64,000 nt of DNA from contig JBGPQV010000004.1 of the NCBI GenBank assembly GCA_041489255.1, forward strand, positions 64,001-128,000, given 5' to 3'. The translations under genes were made by a program, and so were the position numbers. Shown in pieces: positions 29,647-39,901 of this stretch (position 1 is its first letter; the number at the start of each line of letters is the position of its first letter). Under the pieces are notes generated by a model that was given only the letters and a program-made list of their open reading frames with translations, made no database searches and had not been told where the DNA came from. Origin of the DNA: Thermoplasmata archaeon (lineage in GTDB: Archaea; Thermoplasmatota; Thermoplasmata; RBG-16-68-12; JAFNFQ01).

Positions 29647-30570
29647 ATGAAGCGTGATTTGATTTCGATCGTGGATGTGGAGAAGGATCTCATCGCCCTC
29701 CTCGAGCTCAGTCAGAGCCTCAAGAACAGGAGCATGGCCGGACAGATTTCCGAGCCATTGAAGGGGCGGAGCCTGGCGATGATCTTCGAGAAGCCCAGCA
29801 CCAGAACAAGGGTCTCCTTCGAAGTCGCGATGACGGAACTCGGCGGACATGCCCTATACCTCAGTACCGCGGACCTCCAGCTGGGCAGGGGGGAGACAAT
29901 CGCCGACACGGCGCGCGTGCTGAGCAGATATGTGGACGGCATAGTGTACAGGGCGTTCAAGCATCAGGACATGCTCGAATTGGCACGTCATTCCACGGTC
30001 CCTGTGATCAACGCCCTCGACGATCTGGAGCACCCCTGCCAGATACTCGCAGACCTGTTGACGGTGAAGGAGAAGAAAGGTGAAATGAAAGGGCTCAAGC
30101 TCGCCTATGTCGGCGATGGAAATAACGTCTGCAACTCGCTACTTCTTGGGAGCGCTCTCCTGGGAATGAATATGACGGCGGGCTGCCCCGAAGACTACAG
30201 TCCGGACGAGCACATACTCGAGATGGCGAAACGCATCGCGGCGCAGTATGGCGGTGGGGTGGAGATTGTCGAGGATCCGATGCTCGCCGTTAAGGGCGCA
30301 GATGTGGTCTATACCGATGTCTGGGTGTCGATGGGTGCTGAGAAGGAAAGAAGGCGACGGGAGAAGGCTTTCAGGGACTACCAGGTCAATTCGCAGCTCG
30401 TATCTGTTGCGAAGGACGACTGCATCGTGATGCACTGCCTCCCAGCGCACCGAGGCAAGGAAATCACGGACGATGTGATTGACGGTCCACATTCTGTCGT
30501 CCTCGATGAGGCAGAGAATCGATTGCACGCGCAGAAGGCGGTGCTCGTGCACCTCCTTGGCGGGGCATGA
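29647..30570 (+). CDS. argF: Ornithine carbamoyltransferase
   Basis: FEKPSTRTR, HPCQ, GDGNNV, DVWVSMG, HCLPAHRG. Confidence 0.97.
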   Translation: MKRDLISIVDVEKDLIALLELSQSLKNRSMAGQISEPLKGRSLAMIFEKPSTRTRVSFEVAMTELGGHALYLSTADLQLGRGETIADTARVLSRYVDGIVYRAFKHQDMLELARHSTVPVINALDDLEHPCQILADLLTVKEKKGEMKGLKLAYVGDGNNVCNSLLLGSALLGMNMTAGCPEDYSPDEHILEMAKRIAAQYGGGVEIVEDPMLAVKGADVVYTDVWVSMGAEKERRRREKAFRDYQVNSQLVSVAKDDCIVMHCLPAHRGKEITDDVIDGPHSVVLDEAENRLHAQKAVLVHLLGGA

Positions 30571-30645
30571 GGCTTGCCGCAGAGAGTGTAGGCGCCAACT
30601 CCTTGTCGGTCACTGCTGCAATGCGTCTGCGAGAGGTTGCCTAGA

Positions 30646-31193
30646 ATGCCCCTGACGCCTCTCCATCTTGCCCCCGCCCGGAGCGTTTTCCTCACCGCGC
30701 GGAGGAAGTGGAGCTTCGCGGGGTTGAGCATTGGGCGCGTTATTCTGGACGCGGAAATCCTAATCCTTTACGCAGCGGATATTGAGACGCAGACGGGACA
30801 TGGAATCATGCGTCACTCTTGGGTGCTCTGACATTCGACGCCACGGTGACGGTCCTGGCCGTATGCCTGTTGTAACCTGCATTGGCGGGATGGTGGGAAG
30901 GACGATTCGGAACGAAATGGGTTCACTTCGGCGGGGTCGATGTTGGCGACATCGACAAGCTGCCGCGCGAGATTGCAGGCGTCCATGCTGGGATTGTATT
31001 ACATGTCGGCGTGGACTTCCTGACCCACACCTCGATGCCGTACCTCTGGCCCTTCGCTGAACCTGTGAGCACCTTCAGCTTTGCGAGGGACTTCTGGTGG
31101 CTCATCTTGATCAACATGATCCTGTTGGCAGCTCTCCTCCCCCTGCTGCGCATCCACCTCGGGAGGGTGGAGGACACCGCGCCAGGGAAATGA
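30646..31193 (+). pseudogene. Frameshifted membrane metal-dependent hydrolase (YdjM/DUF4184-like)
   Basis: MPLTPLHL..D.E..H..RHS is in one frame (stop 30831); LHVGVDFLTH.SMPYLWPF is in another. Confidence 0.6.
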
Positions 31194-31200
31194 CGGAGCC

Positions 31201-32769
31201 CTAGGCGCTCGAGAAGAACTGCCTCAGCACCGGGTGCATTTCCATCATCTGCTCTCTTCCTATCGCCTCGTACATCTGGATGATGATGCCTACGGCCAGC
31301 AATACCCCTGTGCCGCTCGCATTGCCGACAGTCCCTATCATATCAGCCACGGCCGCCAGCGCCCCCACGCCAGCTCCGCTAATCACCGTCACGACAGGAA
31401 TGTACCTTTCCAAGACACGTTTGAGCACCCTTGGGTCTCGGCGGAACCCCGGGATTTGCATGCCGCTGCTCTCTATTTGCTTCGCGACTGCTTCGGGGCC
31501 CATATTCGTCGTCTCAATCCAGAACTTCGCGAACATGACAGACCCGCCGACCATCACGGCCAGCCAGACGCCCAGATGCAATGCGACCTGCCAATAGGCG
31601 TGTCCCCTTAGGTAGACGTCATACCTCTGCGGGTTCAGCAACGGCAGCAGCCAGTCAGAAAGCCCGCTGATCGAGGAAAGATAGTAGGCGGCACCCGAGA
31701 TAGGCGTCGTCTGCTGTATCAGGCCGCCCGTTACTAAAGGATCGCTCGCGGATGGATAGCCGCCTAACCACCATTGCCTGCCGACAAGCGGCCACTCCGG
31801 ATGTTGCCAGAAAAGCAGCGTGAACATGCTCACGTTGGCAAGGACCGCCGCGACCAGTATGATGGGGATGTTGGACGCATACATGAGGCGTATGGGATAA
31901 CGTCCTCGCGCACCTCGGGCAGCGCCGTGCGCGAGGGGCAGTTCTATGCGCGTCGATTCAACATAGGCCACCGCGAGGAATATGATGACGGTTCCGACAA
32001 GCGCGACCACTGGGTTGGGATTCGAGAGGAGGATATTCTCATAGCCTCCGCTGGCCAGCTGATCCGCCCTGAAGTTCCCTAGGTAGAAGAGCGTCTTCGG
32101 GATTGTGCCGGTCGGAACGCCTTGGCTCACCTCCCAGTTGAACGTCCCCGTGAATATCTGCTGCGCCACGCCGGCCGCGATGAATAGGGAAATTCCGCTC
32201 CCTATGCCCCATTTCGACACGACTTCATCCATGAGAAAAACGAGGTAGCTGCCCGCAAATAGCTGGAAGATTATGATGAACTGCGCCAAGAGATGTCCGT
32301 TGCCCGGAGAGAACCTCTCGAGACCTCCGGTGAAGCTGGCAGATGGCGTCAGAAAGCCGAACACCTGCGGGATCGCCTCGACGAAGATCATGATGATGAC
32401 CAGTAGCTTCTGAGTGCCCTGGTAGACTGACTTGTCCTCGTCGTCCTTCAGATCCAGCTTGATGATCTTCGCGCCGGCGAAGAGCTGCATGATGATCGAG
32501 CCGGTGACTATGGGGCCTATGCCCAGATGCATCAGGGACCCCTGGGCCCCCGCCATGATCGCGCGCAGGCTCGAGAAGAAGTCTATGGTCTGCGTTTTAT
32601 CCAAACCGTAGATGAAGATGTTCGTCATGACGAAGTACAGGACTAGAATCAGTAGAACCCACATCATCTTCGTCCGGAAGTGGACGTGGCCCTCAGGCCT
32701 AGTCACAGCCGGCAGCCTGTCGGTCACCGGCTTCAGCTTGTAGAGCAGGCTCTTCCTTTCTTCTGCCAT
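31201..32769 (-). CDS. secY: Preprotein translocase SecY
   Basis: LGIGPIVT, KWGIGSGISLFI, YASNIP, IPGFRRD, GTGVLL. Confidence 0.98.
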   Translation of the reverse strand: MAEERKSLLYKLKPVTDRLPAVTRPEGHVHFRTKMMWVLLILVLYFVMTNIFIYGLDKTQTIDFFSSLRAIMAGAQGSLMHLGIGPIVTGSIIMQLFAGAKIIKLDLKDDEDKSVYQGTQKLLVIIMIFVEAIPQVFGFLTPSASFTGGLERFSPGNGHLLAQFIIIFQLFAGSYLVFLMDEVVSKWGIGSGISLFIAAGVAQQIFTGTFNWEVSQGVPTGTIPKTLFYLGNFRADQLASGGYENILLSNPNPVVALVGTVIIFLAVAYVESTRIELPLAHGAARGARGRYPIRLMYASNIPIILVAAVLANVSMFTLLFWQHPEWPLVGRQWWLGGYPSASDPLVTGGLIQQTTPISGAAYYLSSISGLSDWLLPLLNPQRYDVYLRGHAYWQVALHLGVWLAVMVGGSVMFAKFWIETTNMGPEAVAKQIESSGMQIPGFRRDPRVLKRVLERYIPVVTVISGAGVGALAAVADMIGTVGNASGTGVLLAVGIIIQMYEAIGREQMMEMHPVLRQFFSSA

Positions 32770-32781
32770 CTACTCTCCCTT

Positions 32782-33222
32782 TTAGGTCTCCTGAACCGTC
32801 GTTATGACCTTGCCTCCAGCTGCCTCAACCTTACTCTTCGCGGATTCGGTCGCCTCGGCGACAATCACCTCGAGAGGCATGTTCGCCCTCCCGGCGCCGA
32901 GCAACTTGTCGATGCCGACCATTGCCAGGTCCACTTTATAGCCAGCATCCGTCTTGTGCACCGCGCCCTTCAATCCGAACTCCGCGAGCCTGTCTTCTAT
33001 GTCTCCGACATTGACGGACAGCTTCGCTTTCTTAGTCGCCGCATGGCGGACGAAACCGTGGGCGCCGAAGTGATCCGGGTCGTACTTGATCATCCACTTG
33101 AACTTGTGTTTGTGCAGTCCGGCGTTTCCACGGCCTCCCCTGTCGCCAGCGCCCCTGCCATGCTTCTTCCCCCTGCCGTGCGTCCTGCTCCCCCTCAGCT
33201 TCTTTGTCCTGGACACCATCAC
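32782..33222 (-). CDS. rpl15: 50S ribosomal protein uL15
   Basis: RGSRTHGRG, GGRGNAG, KLLG.G. Confidence 0.96.
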   Translation of the reverse strand: MMVSRTKKLRGSRTHGRGKKHGRGAGDRGGRGNAGLHKHKFKWMIKYDPDHFGAHGFVRHAATKKAKLSVNVGDIEDRLAEFGLKGAVHKTDAGYKVDLAMVGIDKLLGAGRANMPLEVIVAEATESAKSKVEAAGGKVITTVQET

Positions 33223-33698
33223 TTCTCAACCCCGAGCATCCTGGTCAGCAAGTTGTCTATCTCCTTCCCTCTGTAGCCGAGGTCACCGCCTGCGCCGTAA
33301 GGGCGCTTGACACTCTTGTATCCCTTCAGTGGCGGATGGAGGCGGAGGACGGGCTTCAGTCCCTCAACATCCCGGGGGCTGGCCTCGCCTTTGGACAGCG
33401 CCTGCGTGAAATCCCAAATTGAAGAGTATTTGGAATGTGCCTTGACATATGCGTCGTTGAGACCCTCGTCCCCTTCGACATGTCCTCTCCTCAGAAGCAC
33501 CCTTGCTATGATTTGGGGCGTGACCTCACCCCATGTAACATAGTCCTTGACCTTCCTGAGCATGCCGCGCGTCGACGGCGTGTCTGCCAGAATGACACAA
33601 TGGTTTGCCCTCGTGAGGCGCAACATCTTGAGAGTGTCGACGACCGTCTGCCGGGCAAGGACGGTTCCCCTGATGCGTACGGCAGCGATCGCCATCAC
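33219..33698 (-). CDS. rpl30: 50S ribosomal protein uL30
   Basis: VRIRG, VKDYVTWGE, LRLHPP. Confidence 0.95.
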   Translation of the reverse strand: MMAIAAVRIRGTVLARQTVVDTLKMLRLTRANHCVILADTPSTRGMLRKVKDYVTWGEVTPQIIARVLLRRGHVEGDEGLNDAYVKAHSKYSSIWDFTQALSKGEASPRDVEGLKPVLRLHPPLKGYKSVKRPYGAGGDLGYRGKEIDNLLTRMLGVEK

Positions 33699-34504
33699 TT
33701 CTCACTTCCATTCTTGGTGCTTTCGGGGGGTGCCTCGCTGGCAACGTTCTCCGCGGGCGGAGGCGCTTCTCCTTCCGGAGCAACACCGGCGGGGACGCCC
33801 ACTCCGGCTTGGGAGTAGACGAACACCTTTTCGGCTCCTGACCTTATTCGGAGCCTCGACGCCTGATCGTCGCTCACCCTCATGAGTGACGTTTGTTTGA
33901 GGGCGTCGAATGCGGCGAGAGCGAAGTTGACCGTGGTCTTGGTATGCCCTCTGGCGAAAGCCCATGCGTCTCTTATGCCCGCAAGTCGCATGATGCTCTT
34001 GGCGACATCGCCGACGGCAATGCCTACGCCCTGGGGTGCCGGCTTGAGGACGACTTCGACAGAACCGGACCTGCCAATGACCTTGAACGGGAACGAATGG
34101 GAGCGGTAGCACCCGCATTCCCAGGAGCCACAACCCCTCTTGACCTCGATGATGCTCAGTTTTGCCATGTCGATTGCCTTGCGGATGGCGGGCCCGACCT
34201 CCTTTCCCCTCGCCCTTCCGACCCCGACGAAGCCGTCGCTATTACCCGCGACGCATGTTATGGCGAAGTTGACTCTGCGGCCGGAGTCGGTCATCCTCTG
34301 CACCATGTTGACATCGAGAACCTCGTCCTCGATCTCGGGCAGCAATATGTCCACTATCTCGGGCTCGCGGAGGGGCAGTCCGCTCCGGAACGCTTCGCTC
34401 ATTGTGGTGATTTCCCCTCTGAAGACCATTTGCCCTAGCTTCGTCTTCGGGACCCACTGGCGGGTTCGGTCTTCTCTTGCTCTCCCAGAGCCTCGGCCTT
34501 GCAT
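33695..34504 (-). CDS. rps5: 30S ribosomal protein uS5
   Basis: WVPKTKLG, VQRMTDSGRR, RGCGSWEC. Confidence 0.97.
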   Translation of the reverse strand: MQGRGSGRAREDRTRQWVPKTKLGQMVFRGEITTMSEAFRSGLPLREPEIVDILLPEIEDEVLDVNMVQRMTDSGRRVNFAITCVAGNSDGFVGVGRARGKEVGPAIRKAIDMAKLSIIEVKRGCGSWECGCYRSHSFPFKVIGRSGSVEVVLKPAPQGVGIAVGDVAKSIMRLAGIRDAWAFARGHTKTTVNFALAAFDALKQTSLMRVSDDQASRLRIRSGAEKVFVYSQAGVGVPAGVAPEGEAPPPAENVASEAPPESTKNGSEK

Positions 34505-35004
34505 TACAGAGCCTCCAACTTTGCCTTCACGTCTTTAAAGGCTTTCATCACATTCTCACCAAGGTGTTTACCCTCAAGCCTGTCCGCCGACGGCAGCACC
34601 TCTTCGTCGTGCGGGATTTCGATGCCGGCGTCCAGGAGTCCTTTGAGACATGCAAAGACCCGTGAGCCCTTCGTGGGAGCGTTGAGACCGATATCGAGCA
34701 CGGCCGACTCAATCCCTCGCGCTTTTGCCCTCTTGCCAGCAAGAAGACCAGTAAGGTATGCCGCCGGCAGGTTGCCCGTCGCGGAACCCCATCCGTAACG
34801 CACGAGTTCCCTGCTGAACGCGGACGCGACGGTCCTATCGCCATCGGGATTATAGACGACTATCTGCACGATTGCGTTCTGAAGGCTTTTCCGGAACACC
34901 GCCCTGGGTGCATTTCCCTTCAAGAGACCCAGCCTCTTGCGGTAGTCCGTCTTGCCATCCCTTCTTCTCCGGAAGGGCACCTTCGTCCTCGGCCCCTGCG
35001 TCAC
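34504..35004 (-). CDS. rpl18: 50S ribosomal protein uL18
   Basis: GTG start overlaps the eL19 stop; FRRRRDGKTDY, NLPAAYLTG, LDIG. Confidence 0.96.
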   Translation of the reverse strand: MTQGPRTKVPFRRRRDGKTDYRKRLGLLKGNAPRAVFRKSLQNAIVQIVVYNPDGDRTVASAFSRELVRYGWGSATGNLPAAYLTGLLAGKRAKARGIESAVLDIGLNAPTKGSRVFACLKGLLDAGIEIPHDEEVLPSADRLEGKHLGENVMKAFKDVKAKLEAL

Positions 35005-35459
35005 TTCTTCGCCTCCTTGAGGTGGCCCGCGGCCCTGAGCTGTTGCTCGAGGTGCGCCTTGTTCTTGAACATCCCGCCCTTCGCCTGCATGTAGAGAATG
35101 CGGTAGGTGCTCTTGTCCACCCTGCCCTGCTCCTTCAGTTCCCGCAGTCTCTGTCTGAGAGGCCGGATCGTCCTGATCCATGCATCCTTCTTGGGCATCC
35201 GGGCTCGGGCCGCGCCCTGGCGTGTTCCGTGCCCCCTTCTGCGGCCTTTCGCCTTCTGCGCCGTTATGTAGTGCTTCCTTGCGCTCGAGATGCCCTTGAC
35301 GGGAAGCTTGGCTATCGTGCCCGATCGAATTGCCGTCCTTATGTCCGCCCTTGTGATTGCATCCTCAAGATCCTCGACCTTGTCAGGGTTGATCCAGACG
35401 CGGTGAATTCCGCACTTGAGCAGTTTTGCCGCCATTCGCCTCTGATTCTTAAGATCCAC
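35001..35459 (-). CDS. rpl19e: 50S ribosomal protein eL19
   Basis: QRRMAA.LLKCG..RVW, AITR.DIR, Y..AKGG.F. Confidence 0.96.
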   Translation of the reverse strand: MDLKNQRRMAAKLLKCGIHRVWINPDKVEDLEDAITRADIRTAIRSGTIAKLPVKGISSARKHYITAQKAKGRRRGHGTRQGAARARMPKKDAWIRTIRPLRQRLRELKEQGRVDKSTYRILYMQAKGGMFKNKAHLEQQLRAAGHLKEAKK

Positions 35460-36192
35460 TCGAACCACTCCTGTTCAGCACCCTGATGCCCTTTTCGGCG
35501 GCGGCTTCCTCGATCAGCTTCCTCTTTCTCATCCCGACCGCGTGCGCGATCCTGACCGCCTCCTTGGCTGGATCGACGCCCTCCAGCTGCGCGGGGTTGT
35601 GTACGAGGACCTCCTTGAAGCCCGAGGGGTGCAGCCCTCTAGTCACCTTGGGTCCCCTGAATCCGATTGAGACGACGTTGATCCTGTAATTGAAGTGCCT
35701 CCTCAGCTTCGATTGGCCGCCCTGCGGCCTACGCCATTTCAGACCGAGCTTCTTGTACCTGAACCACTCCTGTCTGAGGAAGGTCGGGCGCTTCCTCGCG
35801 ATCTTGTCTCGCAGGGCGAGCTGCCGACTCCTCTCCTCGCTCGCGGCGGGCTTGATTTTCGGCACATAGGCTCCCTCCTCTTTGATCTCGACCGCGCCTT
35901 CTTCCTTCTCACCCTTCGCCTTCTCCTTCTTCTGCGCTTTGGGCGGATGCTTATCCAGATGCTCGAGAAGACGGTGACGGAGCTCATCGACCTTGCCCTC
36001 CGCGTCCAAACCGAGCTCCTTGCAGAACCCGACCAGCTCTGCCTTCTTCGCTTTCTTCACGGCCTCGAGGGTTATGACGGCGCGCGCGGGTTTTTCGGTC
36101 TCGCGCTTCGCGGTCGTGGGTGTCTTCTCATGGTCCGTCTTCTTGGCGGCAATGCCCTTATCGCGCGCCGGCGCCTTTTTCTCTTCGGCCAT
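35449..36192 (-). CDS. rpl32e: 50S ribosomal protein eL32 with N-terminal SAP-like extension
   Basis: F.RQEW.RY, WRRPQG, RGLHPSG, VLN. Confidence 0.95.
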   Translation of the reverse strand: MAEEKKAPARDKGIAAKKTDHEKTPTTAKRETEKPARAVITLEAVKKAKKAELVGFCKELGLDAEGKVDELRHRLLEHLDKHPPKAQKKEKAKGEKEEGAVEIKEEGAYVPKIKPAASEERSRQLALRDKIARKRPTFLRQEWFRYKKLGLKWRRPQGGQSKLRRHFNYRINVVSIGFRGPKVTRGLHPSGFKEVLVHNPAQLEGVDPAKEAVRIAHAVGMRKRKLIEEAAAEKGIRVLNRSGSSGS

Positions 36193-36740
36193 CAGGGCAC
36201 CTCCCCTGGCTTGACGACTATGTAGACTCCATCTTGGAAGACCCGTGGGTCGAAGTTCTTGATCTTGGTCGCCCGCTCGATGTTCGCAGCTGATTGGCCA
36301 ACATCCTCAATGTCGTGGCCGGTGAGAATGACCTGATCCCCTTTTACCTCGACCTGCGTTTCGCCCATGATCCGCGCCCTGCGCGGGAATTTTTCCCCCA
36401 AGAAATTCTCTATGACGAATCCCCTATCCTTGACGATCAGCTTCATCGGGAAGTGGCTGTAGACCATCTTCATCTCACATCTGAAGCCATCTGTGACTCC
36501 GACGATCATGTTCCTGATGTGCGCAGAGAACGTGCCGACCAACGCTTTCTCGCGCCTGCTTGGCATCTCGCTACTGACCGTGATGTGGTTTCCAGAGACG
36601 GCGATCTTCACACGCGGGTGCCAGAGCCTCCTGGATAGCTTGGCGCCTTTGGCCGAGACCGTGATGACATGCCCTTGGATGCTCGCCTTCATCCCCGAAG
36701 GGACCTCGATTGTTTCTTCCACTTTCCCGGCGACTGTCAT
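36192..36740 (-). CDS. rpl6: 50S ribosomal protein uL6
   Basis: YSHFP, NFLGE, DPRVFQDGVY. Confidence 0.97.
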   Translation of the reverse strand: MTVAGKVEETIEVPSGMKASIQGHVITVSAKGAKLSRRLWHPRVKIAVSGNHITVSSEMPSRREKALVGTFSAHIRNMIVGVTDGFRCEMKMVYSHFPMKLIVKDRGFVIENFLGEKFPRRARIMGETQVEVKGDQVILTGHDIEDVGQSAANIERATKIKNFDPRVFQDGVYIVVKPGEVP

Positions 36741-36748
36741 GTTATCCC

Positions 36749-37138
36749 TCAGTAAACGAAGGCGAGTAGTTTCCCGCCAATCCCCTTCTCCTTTGCGATG
36801 GCCTGCGATATCACTCCCTGCGTAGTGGTCAGAATCAACAGCCCGAAATCCTGGGCAGGCAGGTACCTGGCCTCCCACTTTTCCAGCTCGGTCCTGCGCA
36901 CCGCGAATCGCGGCTTGATCACGCCACAGTTGTTGATGCTGCCTTTGAGTGCTACCAGATAACGGCCGCCCTTCCCGTCCTCGACGAACTCGAAGCCCGT
37001 GATGTAGCCGTGTTCCTGCATGACCTTCAGCACTCTGCCTACAAGCTTCGAGGCCGGCCGTAGGACGCACTTGCCCTTCCCGGTCGTCTCGGCGTTCTTC
37101 ATCGTCACCATTGCGTCGTTAAGCGGGTCCTGCAGCAA
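36749..37138 (-). CDS. rps8: 30S ribosomal protein uS8
   Basis: TTG start with AGGTGA RBS; DPLNDA, INNCGVIKPRF, GGKLLAFVY. Confidence 0.96.
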   Translation of the reverse strand: MLQDPLNDAMVTMKNAETTGKGKCVLRPASKLVGRVLKVMQEHGYITGFEFVEDGKGGRYLVALKGSINNCGVIKPRFAVRRTELEKWEARYLPAQDFGLLILTTTQGVISQAIAKEKGIGGKLLAFVY

Positions 37139-37146
37139 TCTATCAC

Positions 37147-37293
37147 CTAGGAGTATTTCCTGAATCCAAGCTCGAATGCAATCTCTCTGAAACACTGGCG
37201 GCACAGATGCATGCCGTAACGTCTCACTATTCCCCTCTTGCGCCCGCACCTGTTGCAGCCAATCTTCCTGCCGAATTGCTTCCTCGGCTTCAC
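37147..37293 (-). CDS. rps14: 30S ribosomal protein uS14 (48 aa, not in the ORF track)
   Basis: Manual translation [48 protein letters not shown]. Confidence 0.96.
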   Translation of the reverse strand: MKPRKQFGRKIGCNRCGRKRGIVRRYGMHLCRQCFREIAFELGFRKYS

Positions 37294-37799
37294 TCGACCA
37301 CCTCCAGGCCCAGCTTCTCTCGCGCGAAGGCGATCCCGTCATCCTTGTTTAGGCGGTGGCTCGTCGACACGCGCTTGGGCGCGATGCGCCGTCTCATGAC
37401 GCGATACCCAGGCCTTGCGAGTGCCACGTTGACGTCCATGCCGACGACGCCGATCTCGGGGTCGTACTTCATGCCTTCGAACTCCGTGTAGTCCGTGATG
37501 CCGAAGCTGAAGTTACCTTGAGGGTCGAAAGAGTAAGCGGGAAGCGAGTTGTTCTTGATGGAGAGTGCCTTGCGCACGAACGTCTCCGCATCCTTCCCTC
37601 TGATCGTGACCTTCGCGCCTATCGGCATGTTCAGCCTTATGCCCCAATCCCTGATCGTGCTCCTGCTCAGGGTCTGCACAGACTTCCTCCTCGTCACGAG
37701 GCCGAGAACCTTCTGCGCCTTGACGAGCTTCTCGCCTGCAGCGCCGACGCCGATGTTGATTACGACCTTTTCAATCCTCACGTCGCGCATCTTGTTCAT
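37290..37799 (-). CDS. rpl5: 50S ribosomal protein uL5
   Basis: [28 protein letters not shown]. Confidence 0.97.
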   Translation of the reverse strand: MNKMRDVRIEKVVINIGVGAAGEKLVKAQKVLGLVTRRKSVQTLSRSTIRDWGIRLNMPIGAKVTIRGKDAETFVRKALSIKNNSLPAYSFDPQGNFSFGITDYTEFEGMKYDPEIGVVGMDVNVALARPGYRVMRRRIAPKRVSTSHRLNKDDGIAFAREKLGLEVVE

Positions 37800-37807
37800 T
37801 CCAACAC

Positions 37808-38518
37808 CTACAGCGCCGCCCCTTCAGGTAGCGTGACTTCGCTTCTCTCGCCCCCTATGACGAAAACGTGGTCGATTATCGTCGAGAACCCTTCCTTGAA
37901 GTAGACCAAGTTGGCCTTCGGGTTCCTGGTGAGCTCGAGCCGGTCGATATGCGCGACTTCGCCGGCGTGGCGACCGCCTATCAAGAGGACAGTGTTCCCT
38001 CGTTCCAGCGGATATGACTCGAGGATCTTCTGGTCGGGGAGCTGTATCTTGAGCGTGGTCCTCGTCTTGTACTGATCCTTCTCCAGCAGGACATTTCTGC
38101 CGTCGTGCAGGTTCAGCTGAGTCACGCCCCCTCTGACGGTGTGCTTGTCCTCTATCCTCGCCAGCTTCCACTTCGCTTCGGATTCCCCGATCCTGACGAG
38201 TGCCAGTCTACCCTTCCTGTCCAGGAGCATCCTGTGGGTTTCCTTGGTCTCTTCCAGGGCGAGGACATCCATCAGACCCACAGGGAACTTGAGATTCGAG
38301 ACGATTCTGCCGTCCACCCGGACCTTCCTGCCGTTCAATATCGCGCTGGCCTCCCGCCAGTTGTCCGCATAGTGGAGGTAGGTCCTCAGCACGGATACGA
38401 TGGGTACCGAACGCTCAGTCGGATGAGGTCCCGGCGAGGGTTTCGCCGTCCAAACCTGTACCTTCCTCTCCACCCGCCAGGTTCTCGGCGCTGCCAGCCT
38501 CTTCATGTGCTTCTTCAT
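37808..38518 (-). CDS. rps4e: 30S ribosomal protein eS4
   Basis: HMKRLAAP..W, PSPGPH, FPVGLMDV, HDGRN. Confidence 0.97.
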   Translation of the reverse strand: MKKHMKRLAAPRTWRVERKVQVWTAKPSPGPHPTERSVPIVSVLRTYLHYADNWREASAILNGRKVRVDGRIVSNLKFPVGLMDVLALEETKETHRMLLDRKGRLALVRIGESEAKWKLARIEDKHTVRGGVTQLNLHDGRNVLLEKDQYKTRTTLKIQLPDQKILESYPLERGNTVLLIGGRHAGEVAHIDRLELTRNPKANLVYFKEGFSTIIDHVFVIGGERSEVTLPEGAAL

Positions 38519-38898
38519 TCTCTCTTCCCCAGGGACTCCAACTTGCCCTTTCTCCATGCGTCCGAATCGTCGATCTTCGTGATCATGACATTGGATGGAT
38601 GGATTTTCTTGGCGACCTGCTTCCCGTCCGCCTTCGCGTGGGTGATGCCCTCGACCGTGATTATGCCCCCGCGGTAGTCGACGGTCGCGACCTTCCCCTC
38701 CTTTCCCTTGTCGTCTCCCCTCATGATGTAGACCGTGTCGCCTTTCCTCACGGGAATTGCCCGCGGATAGACGGACTTCTCGTCCTCCAAGTACTTCGAT
38801 GCCAGGTGTGCCGAGAGCATCTTGCGCCTCACATGGAGCGGCGCGTTGAATGCCCTCTTCCTCTGCTTCCTCGCCTTTATCGTCGCCATTTCTGTCAC
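38515..38898 (-). CDS. rpl24: 50S ribosomal protein uL24
   Basis: KQRK..NAPLH, VRKGDTV..RG, HPSNV. Confidence 0.96.
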   Translation of the reverse strand: MTEMATIKARKQRKRAFNAPLHVRRKMLSAHLASKYLEDEKSVYPRAIPVRKGDTVYIMRGDDKGKEGKVATVDYRGGIITVEGITHAKADGKQVAKKIHPSNVMITKIDDSDAWRKGKLESLGKRE

Positions 38899-39297
38899 CT
38901 AGACAATCATTTCCGCCGTGGCGGCTATCCTCGGCCACCTCTCCGCCGCTTCTCTCGCGACCGGACCTTTGATGTCCGATCCTTTCGTCTCACCTTCAGG
39001 CGTGATGATCACGCACGCGTTGTCATCGAACTGCACCATTGTTCCGTCTGGGCGCCTCCACGGTCTCCTCTGCCGGACTATGACCGCGTTGAAAAGCTGC
39101 TTGCGGGTCTCGGGCGTCCCCTTCTTGACTGTCACCACGAGGATGTCCGCCACCGCCGCGCTCGGCAGGCGGCGTCTCGTCCCGTGGTACTTGGGCACCT
39201 CCACAATCTCGACGATCTTGGCACCGGTGTTGTCGATGCAATCGAGCCTTGCCCCCTTCGGCAGACCCCTCGTTCGCCTTCCAGGGAGTCCCTTCAT
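38899..39297 (-). CDS. rpl14: 50S ribosomal protein uL14
   Basis: [27 protein letters not shown]. Confidence 0.97.
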   Translation of the reverse strand: MKGLPGRRTRGLPKGARLDCIDNTGAKIVEIVEVPKYHGTRRRLPSAAVADILVVTVKKGTPETRKQLFNAVIVRQRRPWRRPDGTMVQFDDNACVIITPEGETKGSDIKGPVAREAAERWPRIAATAEMIV

Positions 39298-39644
39298 GCG
39301 GTCGTCCCCCTCTTCTCGATGACAACGAACGAGACTGTCTTGCTGAGCGGCCGACATTCCATCAGTGTCACCTTATCGCCTTCCGCGAGGCCGAGGCACG
39401 GAGGGCTGTGCGCGCGCAGGCGCCTCGTTCTCTTCTCGAACCTCTCGTACTTGGTGATAGTCTTCATGTATTCCCTCTTAACGACGACGGTCTTGCCCAT
39501 CTTCGTCGACACCACGACCCCACTCAGGATCTGGCCTCTCACGCTCAAGTTCCCATGGAATGGGCAGTGCTTGTCGTCGCAGGTCGCCTTGGGCGGGGCG
39601 ACGTCGATTCCTATGTCCCTTGCTTTGCTGGTCTTCTTTGGCAA
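39294..39644 (-). CDS. rps17: 30S ribosomal protein uS17
   Basis: [21 protein letters not shown]. Confidence 0.97.
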   Translation of the reverse strand: MPKKTSKARDIGIDVAPPKATCDDKHCPFHGNLSVRGQILSGVVVSTKMGKTVVVKREYMKTITKYERFEKRTRRLRAHSPPCLGLAEGDKVTLMECRPLSKTVSFVVIEKRGTTA

Positions 39645-39648
39645 TTGC

Positions 39649-39900
39649 TCACCTCGCCCTCTTGATCCGCTCCTCTGGCCTGAATAGTATGTCCTCTCCG
39701 TGAACTTCGATTCCGCCGCGGATGTCGAACCGGAACAGTGCGCCCTTCTTCTGTACCATTTTCTCCTTTCCTTCCTTCTCTATGATTAGGGTCTTCATGG
39801 TCTCGTCCACCACGCGGCCCCTCAGCCCGGTTTGGCTGGGGTCCGTGGCCCCGATGACCTCGACATGAAGCCCGATCAGTTCTCCTTTTCGGATGCTCAC
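39649..39900 (-). CDS. rnp1: Ribonuclease P protein component 1 (Rpp29)
   Basis: ELIGL.V, G.VVDET, RPEERIK; conserved operon position. Confidence 0.92.
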   Translation of the reverse strand: MSIRKGELIGLHVEVIGATDPSQTGLRGRVVDETMKTLIIEKEGKEKMVQKKGALFRFDIRGGIEVHGEDILFRPEERIKRAR

Positions 39901-39901
39901 A

